From: an uncultured bacterium
Lineage (GTDB): Bacteria; Verrucomicrobiota; Verrucomicrobiia; Limisphaerales; UBA8199
DNA: 64,000 bases
Assembly (NCBI GenBank): GCA_963749495.1
Contig: CAVVMW010000008.1
Location: 32,001 to 96,000, forward strand
Direction of reading: 5' to 3'
The notes under the pieces are model-generated. The model worked only from the letters and a program-made list of their open reading frames with translations. It was not told the DNA's origin and ran no database searches. Shown one piece after another: positions 40,067 through 51,298 of this stretch. Position 1 is the first letter of the stretch. Every line of letters starts with the position of its first letter. A program made the translations under genes and the position numbers.

Positions 40067-42777
40067 ATGAACGCCATGAAGGAACCCGGGACCAGGCCCG
40101 CCGGCACGGGCCGCGAGATGGGCCATAACGGCCAGACGGAGCGGGAGTGGCTGGAGTCGCTCGAGAATGTGGTTGCACATGCGTTGCGCGACCAGGGCTC
40201 GAAAGACACGGCGCGTTTTCTGGAGGGCCTCACGGGCCGGCTCCGCGCCGAGGGCGTCGAGGCGCCCCGGGTGGTCAGCACGCCTTACGTCAATACGATC
40301 CCCGCCGACAAACAGGCGCCGTTTCCCGGCAACTGGGAGATGGAACGGCGCATCAAGAGCTATGTCCGCTGGAACGCGATGGCGATGGTGGTCAACGCCA
40401 ACCGGCAGCACAGCGGTCTGGGCGGGCACATCTCGACTTATGCCTCGTGCGCGACGCTGGTGGAAGTGGCCTTTAACCATTTCCTGCGCGCCCGCACTGA
40501 GGGCTTCGTGGGCGACATGGTCTTTTTCCAGGGCCACGCCACACCCGGCATCTATGCGCGGGCGTTCCTCGAGGGGCGCCTGGACGAGAGGCATCTCCAC
40601 CATTTCCGGCAGGAACTGGCCGAGGGAGGCGGGCTCTCGTCCTATCCTCATCCCTACCTGATGCCCGATTTCTGGCAGTTCCCCACCGTCTCGATGGGGC
40701 TGGGGCCGCTGCTGTCGATCTACCAGGCCCGCTTCAACCGCTACTTGCGGGCGCGGGGCCTGACCGAGGGCCCGAAGCCAAGGTGTGGGCGTTCCTGGGC
40801 GATGGCGAGACCGACGAACCGGAGACGCTGGGGTCGCTCACGCTGGCGGCGCGCGAAAACCTGGACAACCTCCTGTGGGTGGTCAACTGCAACCTGCAGC
40901 GGCTGGACGGCCCGGTGCGGGGCAACGGCAAGATCATCCAGGAATTGGAGGCGATTTTCCAGGGCGCCGGGTGGAACGTCATCAAAGTGATCTGGGGTTC
41001 GGATTGGGACCCCCTGCTGGCCGCGGACCCAGCCGGCCTGCTGGTCAAGCGGATGGAAGAGGCGGTGGACGGGGATTACCAGAAGTACTCGGTCGAGCCG
41101 GGCAGCTACACGCGCCGGCACTTCTTCGGCAAGTACCCCGAGCTGCTGGACCTGGTCAAGCACTTGAGCGACGAACAGATCCACAAGCTGCTGCGGGGCG
41201 GCCACGACTCGCGCAAGGTCTATGCCGCCTACAAAGCCGCCGTCGAGCACCGGGGCCGGCCCACGGTCATCCTGGCCAAGACGGTCAAAGGCTACGGCCT
41301 GGGCGAGGCCGGCGAGGGACGCAACGTCACGCACCAGCAGAAGAAGCTCAACGAAAAAGAGCTGCGCGAGTTCCGCGCCCGTTTCGGCGTGCCGATCAGC
41401 GACGAGGAAATAGCCGAAGCGCCGTTTTTCCGCCCGCCGCCCGACAGCATCGAGACGCAGTACCTGCTGGGGCTGCGCCGGAAGCTGGGCGGTTTCCTGC
41501 CTCTGCGCGCAGTGAGCGCACAGCCGCTGGAGGCGCCGAAACTGGCCGCCTTTGGCGAGATGCTCAAAGGCAGCGGCCACTTCGAGATGTCCACCACCAT
41601 GGCGTTCGTGCGCCTGCTCGGGCTGCTCATTCGCGACAAGCGGATCGGCCGGCAAATCGTGCCGATTATCCCGGATGAGGCCCGCACCTTCGGGCTGGAT
41701 GCCCTGTTCCGCGAGGTCGGGATTTATTCGCCCAAGGGCCAGTTGTACGAGCCGGTGGACATGAAATCGCTCCTCTACTATCACGAGGCCAAAGACGGCC
41801 AGATCCTGGAGGAGGGCATTACCGAGGCGGGCTCGATGGCCTCGTTCATCGCCGCCGGCACCTCCTACGCGACCCAGGGCCGGTACATGGTGCCCTTCTA
41901 CATCTATTACTCGATGTTCGGCTTCCAGCGCATCGGCGACCTCATGTGGCTGGCGGGCGACATCCGCGCCAAGGGCTTCCTGCTGGGCGCCACCTCGGGG
42001 CGCACCACCCTCAACGGCGAGGGCCTCCAGCACCAGGACGGGCATAGCCTGATCCTCTCGAGCACCATCCCGACCCTGCTCACCTACGACCCCGCCTTCG
42101 GTTACGAAGTGGCCGCGATCATTGCCGAGGGTCTCCGGCGCATGTTCGTCGCGGGGGAGGACATCTTCTATTACCTGACGCTCTATAACGAAAACTATGC
42201 CATGCCGCCGATGCCCGCAGGGGCCGAGGAGGGCATCGTCAAGGGCCTCTACAAGCTCCAGCCGGGCCCGGAGGGCAAGCGCCTCAAGGCCCAGCTCCTG
42301 GGCAGCGGACCCATCCTCCGCTGTGCCCTGCGCGCCCAGCAAATCCTGGCCGAGCATTACGAAGTCTCCGCCGATGTCTGGAGCGCCACCAGCTACAAGC
42401 TCCTGCGCAATGACGCCCTGCGCGCCCAACGCTGGAACAGGCTGCACCCGGCCCAGCCCCCCAGGCCCTCCTACCTCCAGCAGGTCCTCCAACGCGAGCA
42501 GGGCGTCTTCGTCGCCATCTCCGACAACATGAAGATCGTTCCGGACCAGATTGCGCCCTGGGTCCCCGGGGGCCTGACCACGCTGGGCACCGACGGCTTC
42601 GGCCGCAGCGACACCCGCGAGCGCCTCCGCCGCTTCTTCGAGGTGGATGCCGAATCCACCGTCATCGCCACCCTCTACGCCCTGGCCCAAAAGGGCCAAC
42701 TCGAACCCGGCGTGGCCCAGAAGGCGATTCAGGACCTGGGCGTGGACCCGGAAAAGGCGGCGCCTCAGATCGTGTGA
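40067..42777 (+). CDS. aceE: Pyruvate dehydrogenase E1, homodimeric type; frameshift near 40775
   Basis: GGHISTYAS, FPTVSMGLGP, GDGETDEPE, NLQRLDGPV, EGLQHQDG, GTDGFGRSD. Confidence 0.93.
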
Positions 42778-42787
42778 CACACAGAAT

Positions 42788-44104
42788 ATGGACCTTAAAC
42801 TTCCCCACCTGGGTGAGGGCGCGGATTCGGGCACGGTGGTCAACCTCTTCGTCAAGGAAGGCAACCCGCTCTCGAAGGACCAGCCCATCCTCGAACTCGA
42901 AAACGAAAAGGCCGTGGCGACAATCCCCTCGACCGCCGCCGGCACCGTCACCGCCATTTATGTCAAGCCGGGCGACAAGCTCAGCGTCGGCCAGCGCATC
43001 CTTTCGCTGAGCGGCGGCGCAGCCGCCCCCAGCCAGCCCGCAGCGGCGCCTGCCCCGGCGGCCGAGGCGGGGTTCCCGGAGGAGCGGATTCTCCAAACGC
43101 CCGCCCCCGAGAGAAGGCCGCCGCCCGAGACCGAGCCGGCCTGGGACCGAGCGGCCGAGGCCAGGCCCGGCGCGCAACCGAGCGCGGCCCCATCGATCCG
43201 GAAACTGGCTCGAGATTTGGGCCTGGACCTGACGCGCGTGCGCGGCAGCGCCCGAGGCGGACGCATCGTCCTGGAAGACCTCCGGGCCCACATTCAACGA
43301 TTGCAGCGGCTGGCTGCGGCGCCGCCGGGCGTTGCGCCCGCCGCGCCGCCGCCGGCACCTCGACAACCGCCCGCGCCCGTCTCCCTCGACTTCTCCAAAT
43401 GGGGTCCCGTGTCGAGGAAGCCGCTCTCTCCGTTGCGCCAGGTCATCGCCCGCCGGATGTCGGAGAACTGGAATGCCGTGCCCCAGGTCACCCAGTTCGA
43501 CGAGGCCGACATCACCGATCTGATGGCGCTGCGAAACCGATACGCCGGCGCTTACGAACAACAAGGCGCCCGCCTCACGCTCACCTCCTTTGCCCTCAGG
43601 GCGGCCGTCGGCACGCTCAAGAAACACCCCATCTTCAACTCGAGCCTCGACGAGGCCGCCCAGGAAATCGTCTTGAAGGAGTACTATCACATCGGCATCG
43701 CGGTCGATACCGATGCCGGTTTGATCGTCCCGGTCATCCGCGACGTGGACAACAAAGGGCTGCTCGAGCTGTCCAAAGAACTGGAGGACCTGGCCCGGAA
43801 GGCGCGCGAGCGCAAGGTGGCGGCCGAGGAACTCAAGGGCGGCACGTTCACCATTTCCAACCAGGGCGGCATCGGCGGCGCTCATTTCACACCCATTGTC
43901 AACAGGCCCGAGGTCGCCATCCTCGGCTTGGGGCGCGCGGCCATGAAGGCGGTGGTCCGGCAAAAGGCCATCGAGCCGCGGCTGCTGCTCCCGCTCTGCT
44001 TGTCCTACGACCACCGCGTCATCGACGGCGCCGCCGCCGCCCGGTTCGTCGGTGACCTCGTCCAGGCCCTCGAACAGTTCAGGGAGGAGGACGTCAGGGT
44101 GTGA
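42788..44104 (+). CDS. aceF: Dihydrolipoamide acetyltransferase E2
   Basis: Lipoyl domain (ELENEKA), E3-binding domain (PSIRKLARDLG), DHRVIDG. Confidence 0.92.
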   Translation: MDLKLPHLGEGADSGTVVNLFVKEGNPLSKDQPILELENEKAVATIPSTAAGTVTAIYVKPGDKLSVGQRILSLSGGAAAPSQPAAAPAPAAEAGFPEERILQTPAPERRPPPETEPAWDRAAEARPGAQPSAAPSIRKLARDLGLDLTRVRGSARGGRIVLEDLRAHIQRLQRLAAAPPGVAPAAPPPAPRQPPAPVSLDFSKWGPVSRKPLSPLRQVIARRMSENWNAVPQVTQFDEADITDLMALRNRYAGAYEQQGARLTLTSFALRAAVGTLKKHPIFNSSLDEAAQEIVLKEYYHIGIAVDTDAGLIVPVIRDVDNKGLLELSKELEDLARKARERKVAAEELKGGTFTISNQGGIGGAHFTPIVNRPEVAILGLGRAAMKAVVRQKAIEPRLLLPLCLSYDHRVIDGAAAARFVGDLVQALEQFREEDVRV

Positions 44105-44182
44105 AAATCGTGTTTCGGATTTCGGATTTCAACCCCCGGCGGCGGCGGCTCATTCACTCGCACAGCAACTCACTGCTTATTC

Positions 44183-45601
44183 ATGGATGCTCTCAAGACT
44201 GAACTGGTGGTTGTCGGCGCCGGTCCCGGCGGGTATGCGGCGGCCTTTTACGCGGCGGACCTGGGCAAGAAGGTCCTGCTGGTGGAGCGGGACCCGCGGC
44301 TGGGCGGGGTGTGCCTGAACCGGGGCTGCATCCCTTCCAAGGCGCTGCTCCACGCCGCCCATGCCATTACCTCGGCGCGCGAGTCCGAGCGCCGGGGCAT
44401 CACCTTTTGCGCGCCGACCCTTGACGTGACCAAACTGCGCGCGTGGAAGGAGTCCATCCTGACCCGTCTTGCCGGCGGGATTGCGCAGTTGGCCAAAATG
44501 CGGGGGGTGCAGGTCCTGCACGGGCGGGCATACTTCGAGGACTCGCGCACCGTGCGCGTCGAGACCGAGCAAGGCCAGCAGTTGCTCACTTACGACCACG
44601 CGATCGTCGCGGTCGGCTCGAAATCGGCGATGCCCAGGGCCTTCGACCTGGGCAACCCGCGCATCATGACCTCGAGCGAGGCCCTGGAGGTGGAAGAGGT
44701 GCCCGGGAACCTGCTGGTCATTGGCGGCGGCTACATTGGCATGGAGCTGGGGACGGTCTATGCCACGCTGGGCAGCAAGGTGGTGCTGGTCGAGGCCCTG
44801 GACAGCATCCTGGCCGGCGCGGACCCGGACCTGGCCCGGCCGGTCATCGCCTACGCGCACAAGGCCTTCAAAGAGGTGCGGCTCCAGACCAAGGTCCTCA
44901 AGATGGCCACCAGCGGCAAGCAGATCAAGGTCCAGTTCGACCTCAACGGCCAGAGCAAAGAGGAACTCTACGACCGGGTCCTGGCCGCCGTCGGCCGCAG
45001 CCCCAATGCCGACGACCTGGGCCTGGACAACACCAAGGTCTCGTTTGACGACCGGGGCTTCATCCATGTCAATGAAAAGCAGCAGACCACCGACCCGGCG
45101 ATCTACGCGATTGGTGACATCGTGGGCGGGGTGCTGCTGGCCCACAAGGCGGCCAAAGAGGCGCGGATTGCGGTCGAGGTCATTGCGGGCCAGGACAGCG
45201 CCTTTGTGGACATCACGATCCCGGCGGTGGTCTTCACGGACCCCGAGGTCGCCTGGTGCGGTTTGACCGAGGCGGAAGCCAAGGCCAAGGGCCTGGCGGT
45301 GCAGGTGGCCAAGTTCCCCTGGACCGCCTCCGGGCGCGCCCTTTCGTTTGACCGGCCCGAAGGGCTGACCAAGCTCATTGTCGATCCCGAGACCGAACGC
45401 ATCCTCGGCGTCGGCATCGTCGGCACCGGCGCTGGCGAACTCATCTCCGAAGGCGTCCTGGCCATCGAGATGGGCGCCACCGCCAAAGACCTGGCCCTGG
45501 CCGTGCATCCTCACCCGACCCTCTCCGAGACCATCATGGAGGCCGCCGAGGCCTTCTACGGGTACGCCACGCATACCCTGGCGCGAAAAAGCCACGCGTG
45601 A
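44183..45601 (+). CDS. lpdA: Dihydrolipoamide dehydrogenase E3
   Basis: GAGPGGY, GGVCLNRGCIPSK, HPHPTLSE. Confidence 0.96.
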   Translation: MDALKTELVVVGAGPGGYAAAFYAADLGKKVLLVERDPRLGGVCLNRGCIPSKALLHAAHAITSARESERRGITFCAPTLDVTKLRAWKESILTRLAGGIAQLAKMRGVQVLHGRAYFEDSRTVRVETEQGQQLLTYDHAIVAVGSKSAMPRAFDLGNPRIMTSSEALEVEEVPGNLLVIGGGYIGMELGTVYATLGSKVVLVEALDSILAGADPDLARPVIAYAHKAFKEVRLQTKVLKMATSGKQIKVQFDLNGQSKEELYDRVLAAVGRSPNADDLGLDNTKVSFDDRGFIHVNEKQQTTDPAIYAIGDIVGGVLLAHKAAKEARIAVEVIAGQDSAFVDITIPAVVFTDPEVAWCGLTEAEAKAKGLAVQVAKFPWTASGRALSFDRPEGLTKLIVDPETERILGVGIVGTGAGELISEGVLAIEMGATAKDLALAVHPHPTLSETIMEAAEAFYGYATHTLARKSHA

Positions 45602-45605
45602 TTCA

Positions 45606-45866
45606 ATGACGATCACGAAACAGGCCGTCGCCGACAAAATCGCCGCCTACCTCCGTCACGAGATTTCGCTGGCGGAATTGGTGGACTGGGCGGAGCGCGC
45701 AATGATGGAGGGCAAGTTCGAGGAGCGCAGCACCACGGTTTTATCCGCCGTCATTGCACGTCTTGGAGTGGCAGACGTGCGCGCATTCGGCCTGGCCTGG
45801 GAAGACTGCGAAGACCTGCTTCGTCAACTCGGGTATGCCCCCCGCGTCGAGATTGTCGCTGTTTGA
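45606..45866 (+). CDS. Small hypothetical protein
   Basis: MTITKQAVADKIAAYLRHEISLAELVDWAE...FGLAWEDCEDLL; starts 4 nt after lpdA. Confidence 0.7.
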   Translation: MTITKQAVADKIAAYLRHEISLAELVDWAERAMMEGKFEERSTTVLSAVIARLGVADVRAFGLAWEDCEDLLRQLGYAPRVEIVAV

Positions 45867-46093
45867 GCGGGCGCGGCAACGAAGCCGCCAGCATTAAGAG
45901 GTTGCCCAACCCGGCCCCGCGCAGTGGAGAAGCCTTCGTGTGGCGGTGATTTGTCTTGAAATTTTGGTTCCACTGGTAGATGGATTCCCCGTGCTAAAAA
46001 AATTGACCCGCCGAAAGCGCACGGCGCTGTACCGATCAGCCGGCACCCCCACCGCAATCGGGGCTGCCGAATGGCCTGCTAAGGTCTGCTCCC

Positions 46094-47044
46094 GTGCCGA
46101 CCCATGCCTTCGTACTCAGGGAGGACGGGTCCATTGCTGCTAACGGCGCGACACAGACTGAGGTCGCTCAGGCACAGACGGAACCGGAAGCCGCACCGCC
46201 GGTCCCGCCGTCTCCTCCGCACCTCGCGTACCGAGACGACCATCGCGGCCTCTGGCTGTATCACGGCAACTGCCTCGAGCTGCTCGACGCCATTGCGGCT
46301 AAATACGCGGACGGTCGGTTCGATATGGTTTTCGCGGATCCGCCGTATTTCCTCTCGAACGGCGGCATCACCTGCCACGCGGGCAAAATGGTGAAGGTTG
46401 ACAAGGGCGACTGGGACAAGTCTCGCGGTCCGGAGTTGAACCACGAATTCAATCTCGAATGGCTCCGCCGCTGCCAGCGCGTCCTCAAGCCGAACGGCAG
46501 CATTTGGGTCACTGGGACCCTGCACGTCATCTTCTCTGTGGGCTACGCAATGCAGCAATTGGGCATGAAAATGCTCAATGACATTGCTTGGGAGAAACCA
46601 AACCCGCCGCCCAACCTTTCCTGTCGGTACTTTACCCATTCCACTGAGACTGTGCTGTGGGCTGCGAAAACCGAGAAAAGCAAGCACACCTTTAACTACG
46701 ACCGCATGCGGGACATTAACGGCGGCAAGCAGATGAAGACGGTCTGGACTATGACTTCCCCGGGCGGTGAGGAGAAGGTGCTCGGGAGACATCCGACGCA
46801 GAAGCCCATTGCTCTCGTCGAACGCTGCCTCCTCGCCTCCACCAACGAGGGTGACACCGTCCTAGACCCATTCCTTGGTGGCGGGACCACCGCCGTGGCC
46901 GCGCTGCGCAACGGTCGGCACTGTGTAGGCATCGAGGCCGACGCGAACCACATCAAGCTTTCCATCGCGAGGGTCAAAGGTGAGGGACAGCGCACGCAAG
47001 ACCTGTTCGCACCGAGGCTGAGCGCGGCTGGCAGTCTCCTCTAA
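46094..47044 (+). CDS. Site-specific DNA methyltransferase, beta class N6/N4 (DpnB-like)
   Basis: FADPPY before HPTQKP and LDPFLGGGTT; VDKGDWDKS. Start uncertain. Confidence 0.9.
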   Translation: MPTHAFVLREDGSIAANGATQTEVAQAQTEPEAAPPVPPSPPHLAYRDDHRGLWLYHGNCLELLDAIAAKYADGRFDMVFADPPYFLSNGGITCHAGKMVKVDKGDWDKSRGPELNHEFNLEWLRRCQRVLKPNGSIWVTGTLHVIFSVGYAMQQLGMKMLNDIAWEKPNPPPNLSCRYFTHSTETVLWAAKTEKSKHTFNYDRMRDINGGKQMKTVWTMTSPGGEEKVLGRHPTQKPIALVERCLLASTNEGDTVLDPFLGGGTTAVAALRNGRHCVGIEADANHIKLSIARVKGEGQRTQDLFAPRLSAAGSLL

Positions 47045-47053
47045 AGGACCACC

Positions 47054-47659
47054 ATGGAACGTAGCGAAGCAGTCACGCGATTAAAACAACTTGAGGGCCT
47101 CGATCTGCGCCCCCTTGCCGACAAGTACAGCGTCACCGTCTGGAGCGGGGCCAAGAAGAATAAAGGTTGGGCTGGCCACGTGCTGGAACGATACCTGGGC
47201 CTTCCGATCAACTCCGCGCAGTCACCGAATTTCGGTTCCTGGGAGCTCAAGATTGTGCCGCTCAAGCGGAACAGATGTGGCGCGCTACAGGTAAAAGAAA
47301 CGATGGCGATCACCATGATCGAGGCTTACAACGTCCAGAACACGCCGTTTGAAAAGAGCCACCTTCTGTGCAAGCTGCAAAAGGCCGTCGTCTGTGCTCG
47401 TGTTTTCGAGTCACAGGAGGAGGAGCGAAGCTTGCTGGTGCGCGTGGCAACCTTCGACCTCGACAACCCGGCGGACCTTCGGCAAGTCAGGGACGATTAC
47501 GAGCTGGTAAGAAGTACAATCCAAACGCGGGGCTTTGAGGCCCTCACGGGCGCGATGGGCGTTCTCGTGCAACCGAGGACGAAAGGGCCGGGCCACGGCA
47601 GCACCAGCCGGGCCTTTTACGCCCGAACCGGTTTCGTGACACACATCCTGGGTTTGTGA
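47054..47659 (+). CDS. MutH/Sau3AI-like restriction endonuclease
   Basis: KNKGWAGHVLERYLG...SPNF..WELKIVP; C-terminal VQPRTKG...RAFY.R..F; directly follows the MTase. Confidence 0.8.
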   Translation: MERSEAVTRLKQLEGLDLRPLADKYSVTVWSGAKKNKGWAGHVLERYLGLPINSAQSPNFGSWELKIVPLKRNRCGALQVKETMAITMIEAYNVQNTPFEKSHLLCKLQKAVVCARVFESQEEERSLLVRVATFDLDNPADLRQVRDDYELVRSTIQTRGFEALTGAMGVLVQPRTKGPGHGSTSRAFYARTGFVTHILGL

Positions 47660-47669
47660 CGCACCGACA

Positions 47670-48329
47670 ATGACTTTCAAGGAGTTCCTTGCCCTCCTCG
47701 GCGACCAGGCAGGCCTTGCACTGCCGCGCGGTTGGGCGCAGCTCGACAAAGTCCCGCTAGCCAGACACTTTCTGTCTGCCGCCAACCGCTACTTTTACCA
47801 AACTTACGCAGCCATCGGAGCTACGCAGTTTGAAGGCGCGGAGTTCCAATACTTCTCCGACTTCCACCGCTTCTGGGAGCAAAACCATGCGAGCATTCTG
47901 AACGCGCGAATCGATACACCTCAGGCCCGCATCGCAGCGGCTGCTCTCCGGGACGCCGTCCAGGCTCACGGAGCGGAAATCCTGCGCGTGAACCGCAACC
48001 TGCACGGGCTGAACGCGCAACAACTTGCCCAAGTCCGATTCTTCACCGCCAACCAGGACTTTCGCCAACCACCGGACGACCAATTTACCATCTATCTCGA
48101 ACACCCGGAGGTTTTCGACGCGGCTGCCGTCGAGGAAGACCCCGACAACTTCCGCACAAGCATGGCGTTAAACAGGCTGTCGCAGAGCGACAAACGGCGC
48201 GATTTCGCCCGTAACGCAGCGCGGTTCCTGAACCAGAACGAAATCACGGCCTTTGAAATTGCCGAACACTTCGAGAACATCGCTCCTCGCATCCGCGAGG
48301 CGATCATCGGCTTCGGAAACACCGGGTAG
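47670..48329 (+). CDS. Unknown protein in the RM operon, possibly C-terminally truncated
   Basis: 219-aa ORF 10 nt after the nuclease; natural amino-acid composition; no confident family. Confidence 0.65.
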   Translation: MTFKEFLALLGDQAGLALPRGWAQLDKVPLARHFLSAANRYFYQTYAAIGATQFEGAEFQYFSDFHRFWEQNHASILNARIDTPQARIAAAALRDAVQAHGAEILRVNRNLHGLNAQQLAQVRFFTANQDFRQPPDDQFTIYLEHPEVFDAAAVEEDPDNFRTSMALNRLSQSDKRRDFARNAARFLNQNEITAFEIAEHFENIAPRIREAIIGFGNTG

Positions 48330-48346
48330 ATAAAGGGGCGTTTCGC

Positions 48347-48773
48347 TCAGATGCACTCCTTATTGGCGAAATGGTTGTACGCGTGGTAATCGGCCGTCAA
48401 TTCCTCGCCTTCTGCGATGTCCCGGAGCGCGAAGAATACGTAGTCCCCATCGCAGCCGACGTTGGGGGTCTCCGAGTGGTTTAAGTACCAGGGCGACGGT
48501 CATCAAGTTAAAGCTCCTGGGGCAGCCGTATGTCTGGCCCTTGTCCTTGATGATACAGAATTGGTCATATAATTGCCTGATTCCCCTCGGCAATTCAGCG
48601 AGGTCCAGATCGCTCTTTTTCATCCAGACCGACTCGCTGTCGTCTTCGTCGAACAACCTCGTTCCTTTGGGAATGTCGCGAATCGCGAAGACGCCAACGC
48701 CATGGATTTTCGACGGCATAATCCGCGCATAGACTCCTTCATGGGGGAGCTTGGTCTTCTGTTGGCGGTTCAT
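48347..48773 (-). CDS. SET-domain protein; one-base frameshift near 48489
   Basis: SKIHGVGVFAIRDIPKG; removing one C gives WYLNHSETPNV...FFALRDIAEGEELTADY...ECI* (NHS and ELxxDY SET motifs). Confidence 0.88.
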
Positions 48774-49672
48774 GCTGCTTTAACTGGTTTCGTGAGACGG
48801 CTCCGGAGATCTACTTCCCACCTTGTGTTTATTGATCGGCCCACCCCGTCCAGATCCGGGAAGATCGTCGCTTCATTGATTCCACAGATGCGGAGATCCC
48901 TTCGCAGCCCGTCGAGGCTGGCAGCCGGAATAGGGATCTTAAACAAGCAATCGTTCTCCTCCCCTTCAAGGTTGTAGAGCGCGGACTCGTCGGTGCCGTG
49001 GATCGTAAAGCAGGAGTGCTGGGAACTGATCCGGCGAGCAACGTGAGTGGGCTCAATAGCGACCGCCTTGTCCGGAAGCCCGCGCATCCTCGTGAATCGT
49101 TCCGGCAGCCACCTTTGGACCTTCTTCACCCATTCGTCATTTTTAACCCCTGTCGCGCTCGGAGGGATTATCCACTCCTTGCCGATGGCCTTGTTGTTCA
49201 GCCGATAGGGCTCGAGCACCCATACCGCAGCATCTTCCTCCGTTGTGGCCGGGGCGCCATCCTCCTGCTTCGCGCCCCCCTTCACGGCGAAGTACAGAGC
49301 AATCAGCGCGCCCTCGGTCCAGTCCAGAAGGCGTGTTGCCGCTCCGAAGTGCTGCATCATAAAATACCACTCCCACTCCGAGCGCGGGTCATCGCCGACC
49401 GGCAAATTCTCGCAGAACACGGGGGCGCGCTTGATGAACTCTTCCCGCATTTCGTCCTCGACCTCCTGCGCCTTGACCTCGCTGAAGGCCAAGCTCCGAT
49501 ACAACGTCGGTTTCAGCGGAGTACGGTTCACCGGCTCTCCGCGAAACCACGGCCCCCACTGTCGGTCATACTTGAACCAGCTTTTCCGGTCACGGATGGC
49601 CCACACCGCCTCGAGGAATCGCGACACGTTGAACCCCCGGTCAGATTCCGCCTGTTTAGTGCCGGTGCTCAT
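48770..49672 (-). CDS. FRG-domain protein
   Basis: WFRGE...LKPTLYR, MQHFGAATRLLDWT..ALIALYFA, AAVW, RISSQHSCFT, GINEATIFPDLDG. Confidence 0.92.
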   Translation of the reverse strand: MSTGTKQAESDRGFNVSRFLEAVWAIRDRKSWFKYDRQWGPWFRGEPVNRTPLKPTLYRSLAFSEVKAQEVEDEMREEFIKRAPVFCENLPVGDDPRSEWEWYFMMQHFGAATRLLDWTEGALIALYFAVKGGAKQEDGAPATTEEDAAVWVLEPYRLNNKAIGKEWIIPPSATGVKNDEWVKKVQRWLPERFTRMRGLPDKAVAIEPTHVARRISSQHSCFTIHGTDESALYNLEGEENDCLFKIPIPAASLDGLRRDLRICGINEATIFPDLDGVGRSINTRWEVDLRSRLTKPVKAA

Positions 49673-49913
49673 AAGCGTCGCGGCCGCGGGTAGCGAGAAA
49701 CACTGTTCTTGGCCTTCGCATTCCTCAGCAACACCCTGGCACTGTACCCGGAACCCGGCCCGGCGTCAACCTCTGTACGCGCCCGACCATTGAGTGGGCA
49801 GGGCGGGTGGCGAAGTGCCGATCTGCGGGGTCAGCCCCCGGGCACAGCGGGGTTGCGTTCCCCCCCCGGAAAGGAATTGCCCAACCACCCCCGAGGCGGG
49901 TAAATTGGCCGCC

Positions 49914-50972
49914 ATGGGTCAGTCGATTCTCACAGCCAGCGCGAGTGAGGCGACGGGTTCATTGAGGGATTTGCACGTCAGGGCCTACCGGCTCATGCTC
50001 CTGGCGCGGGTCCTCGATGACAAGTTCGCCAGCCTGTATCGCATGGGCAAGATCCATGGCGGCGTCTTTGTCGGGCGCGGCCAGGAGGCACTGAGCGTTG
50101 CCGCGGGACTGGCCTTGCGCCGCGGGGACGTCTTCGCCCCTCTCATCCGCGACCTGGCCGGGCGCCTGGCCTTTGGCGAGCCCATCCTGGACGCGGTCCG
50201 CACCTTTCTCGGCTCGGCGCTGGGGCCGATGCGCGGGCGCGATGGCAACGTGCACCGCGGCTGGCCCAAAGAGGGGCTGCTGCCGATGATCAGCCATCTG
50301 GGCGCCATGATCGCCGTCGCCAACGGGGTCCTGCTGGCGCACCGGTTCAAGGGCCTCTCCGGCACGGTCGGCGTCGCCTCGATTGGCGACGGCGGGACCT
50401 CAACCGGTTCGTTTCACGAAGCCCTCAACCAGGCGGCGGTCGAGAAACTCCCGCTGGTGGTAGTGGTGGCTAATAACCACTATGCCTACTCGACCCCCAT
50501 CTCGCGCCAGTTTGCCTGCCGTTCGCTCCTGGACAAGGCGGCGGGTTACGGCATGGTGGGACACGGCGTGGACGGCACGGACCTGTCCGCCTGCCTCACG
50601 GTCGTGGGCCAGGCGGTCGCCCGGGCGCGGGGCGGAGACGGCCCGCAGATGGTCGTGGCCACGTTGCTGCGCCTGTGCGGCCACGGCGAGCACGACGACG
50701 CCGGCTATGTTGACCCGGCGTTGAAGGCATCCCCTGTGGGACGCGATTGCCTCAAGGTCACCGAATGCCAACTCCTGGATCACAATTGGGCCGAGGCCTC
50801 CGATCTCCGCGCCTGGCGCCAGGAAGCTGCGCGCGCTGTCGAGGAGGTCGTCGCCAAGGTCCAGCGCGAGCCCGCCCCCGACCCTTACCGCCAGGACTGG
50901 TGCGCCCTGGCGTCGAAACACCTGGCCGAAGGGCGGGAGGGCGACCGAGGCGCAATGACGAATGACGAATGA
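49914..50972 (+). CDS. 2-oxoacid dehydrogenase E1 alpha subunit
   Basis: GRGQEA, GDGGTSTGSFHEALN...NN TPP motif, RLCGHGEHD. Confidence 0.9.
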   Translation: MGQSILTASASEATGSLRDLHVRAYRLMLLARVLDDKFASLYRMGKIHGGVFVGRGQEALSVAAGLALRRGDVFAPLIRDLAGRLAFGEPILDAVRTFLGSALGPMRGRDGNVHRGWPKEGLLPMISHLGAMIAVANGVLLAHRFKGLSGTVGVASIGDGGTSTGSFHEALNQAAVEKLPLVVVVANNHYAYSTPISRQFACRSLLDKAAGYGMVGHGVDGTDLSACLTVVGQAVARARGGDGPQMVVATLLRLCGHGEHDDAGYVDPALKASPVGRDCLKVTECQLLDHNWAEASDLRAWRQEAARAVEEVVAKVQREPAPDPYRQDWCALASKHLAEGREGDRGAMTNDE

Positions 50973-51084
50973 CGAATGACGAATGACGAACAACAAACGG
51001 GCGTGCTCCATGGCGGCCATCCGCTCCCAAGCGGGGTGAGGCCGTCGCCGCATTTCCGGCACGGGCGGGATGCGCGATGCGGCC

Positions 51085-51298
<214 letters not shown>

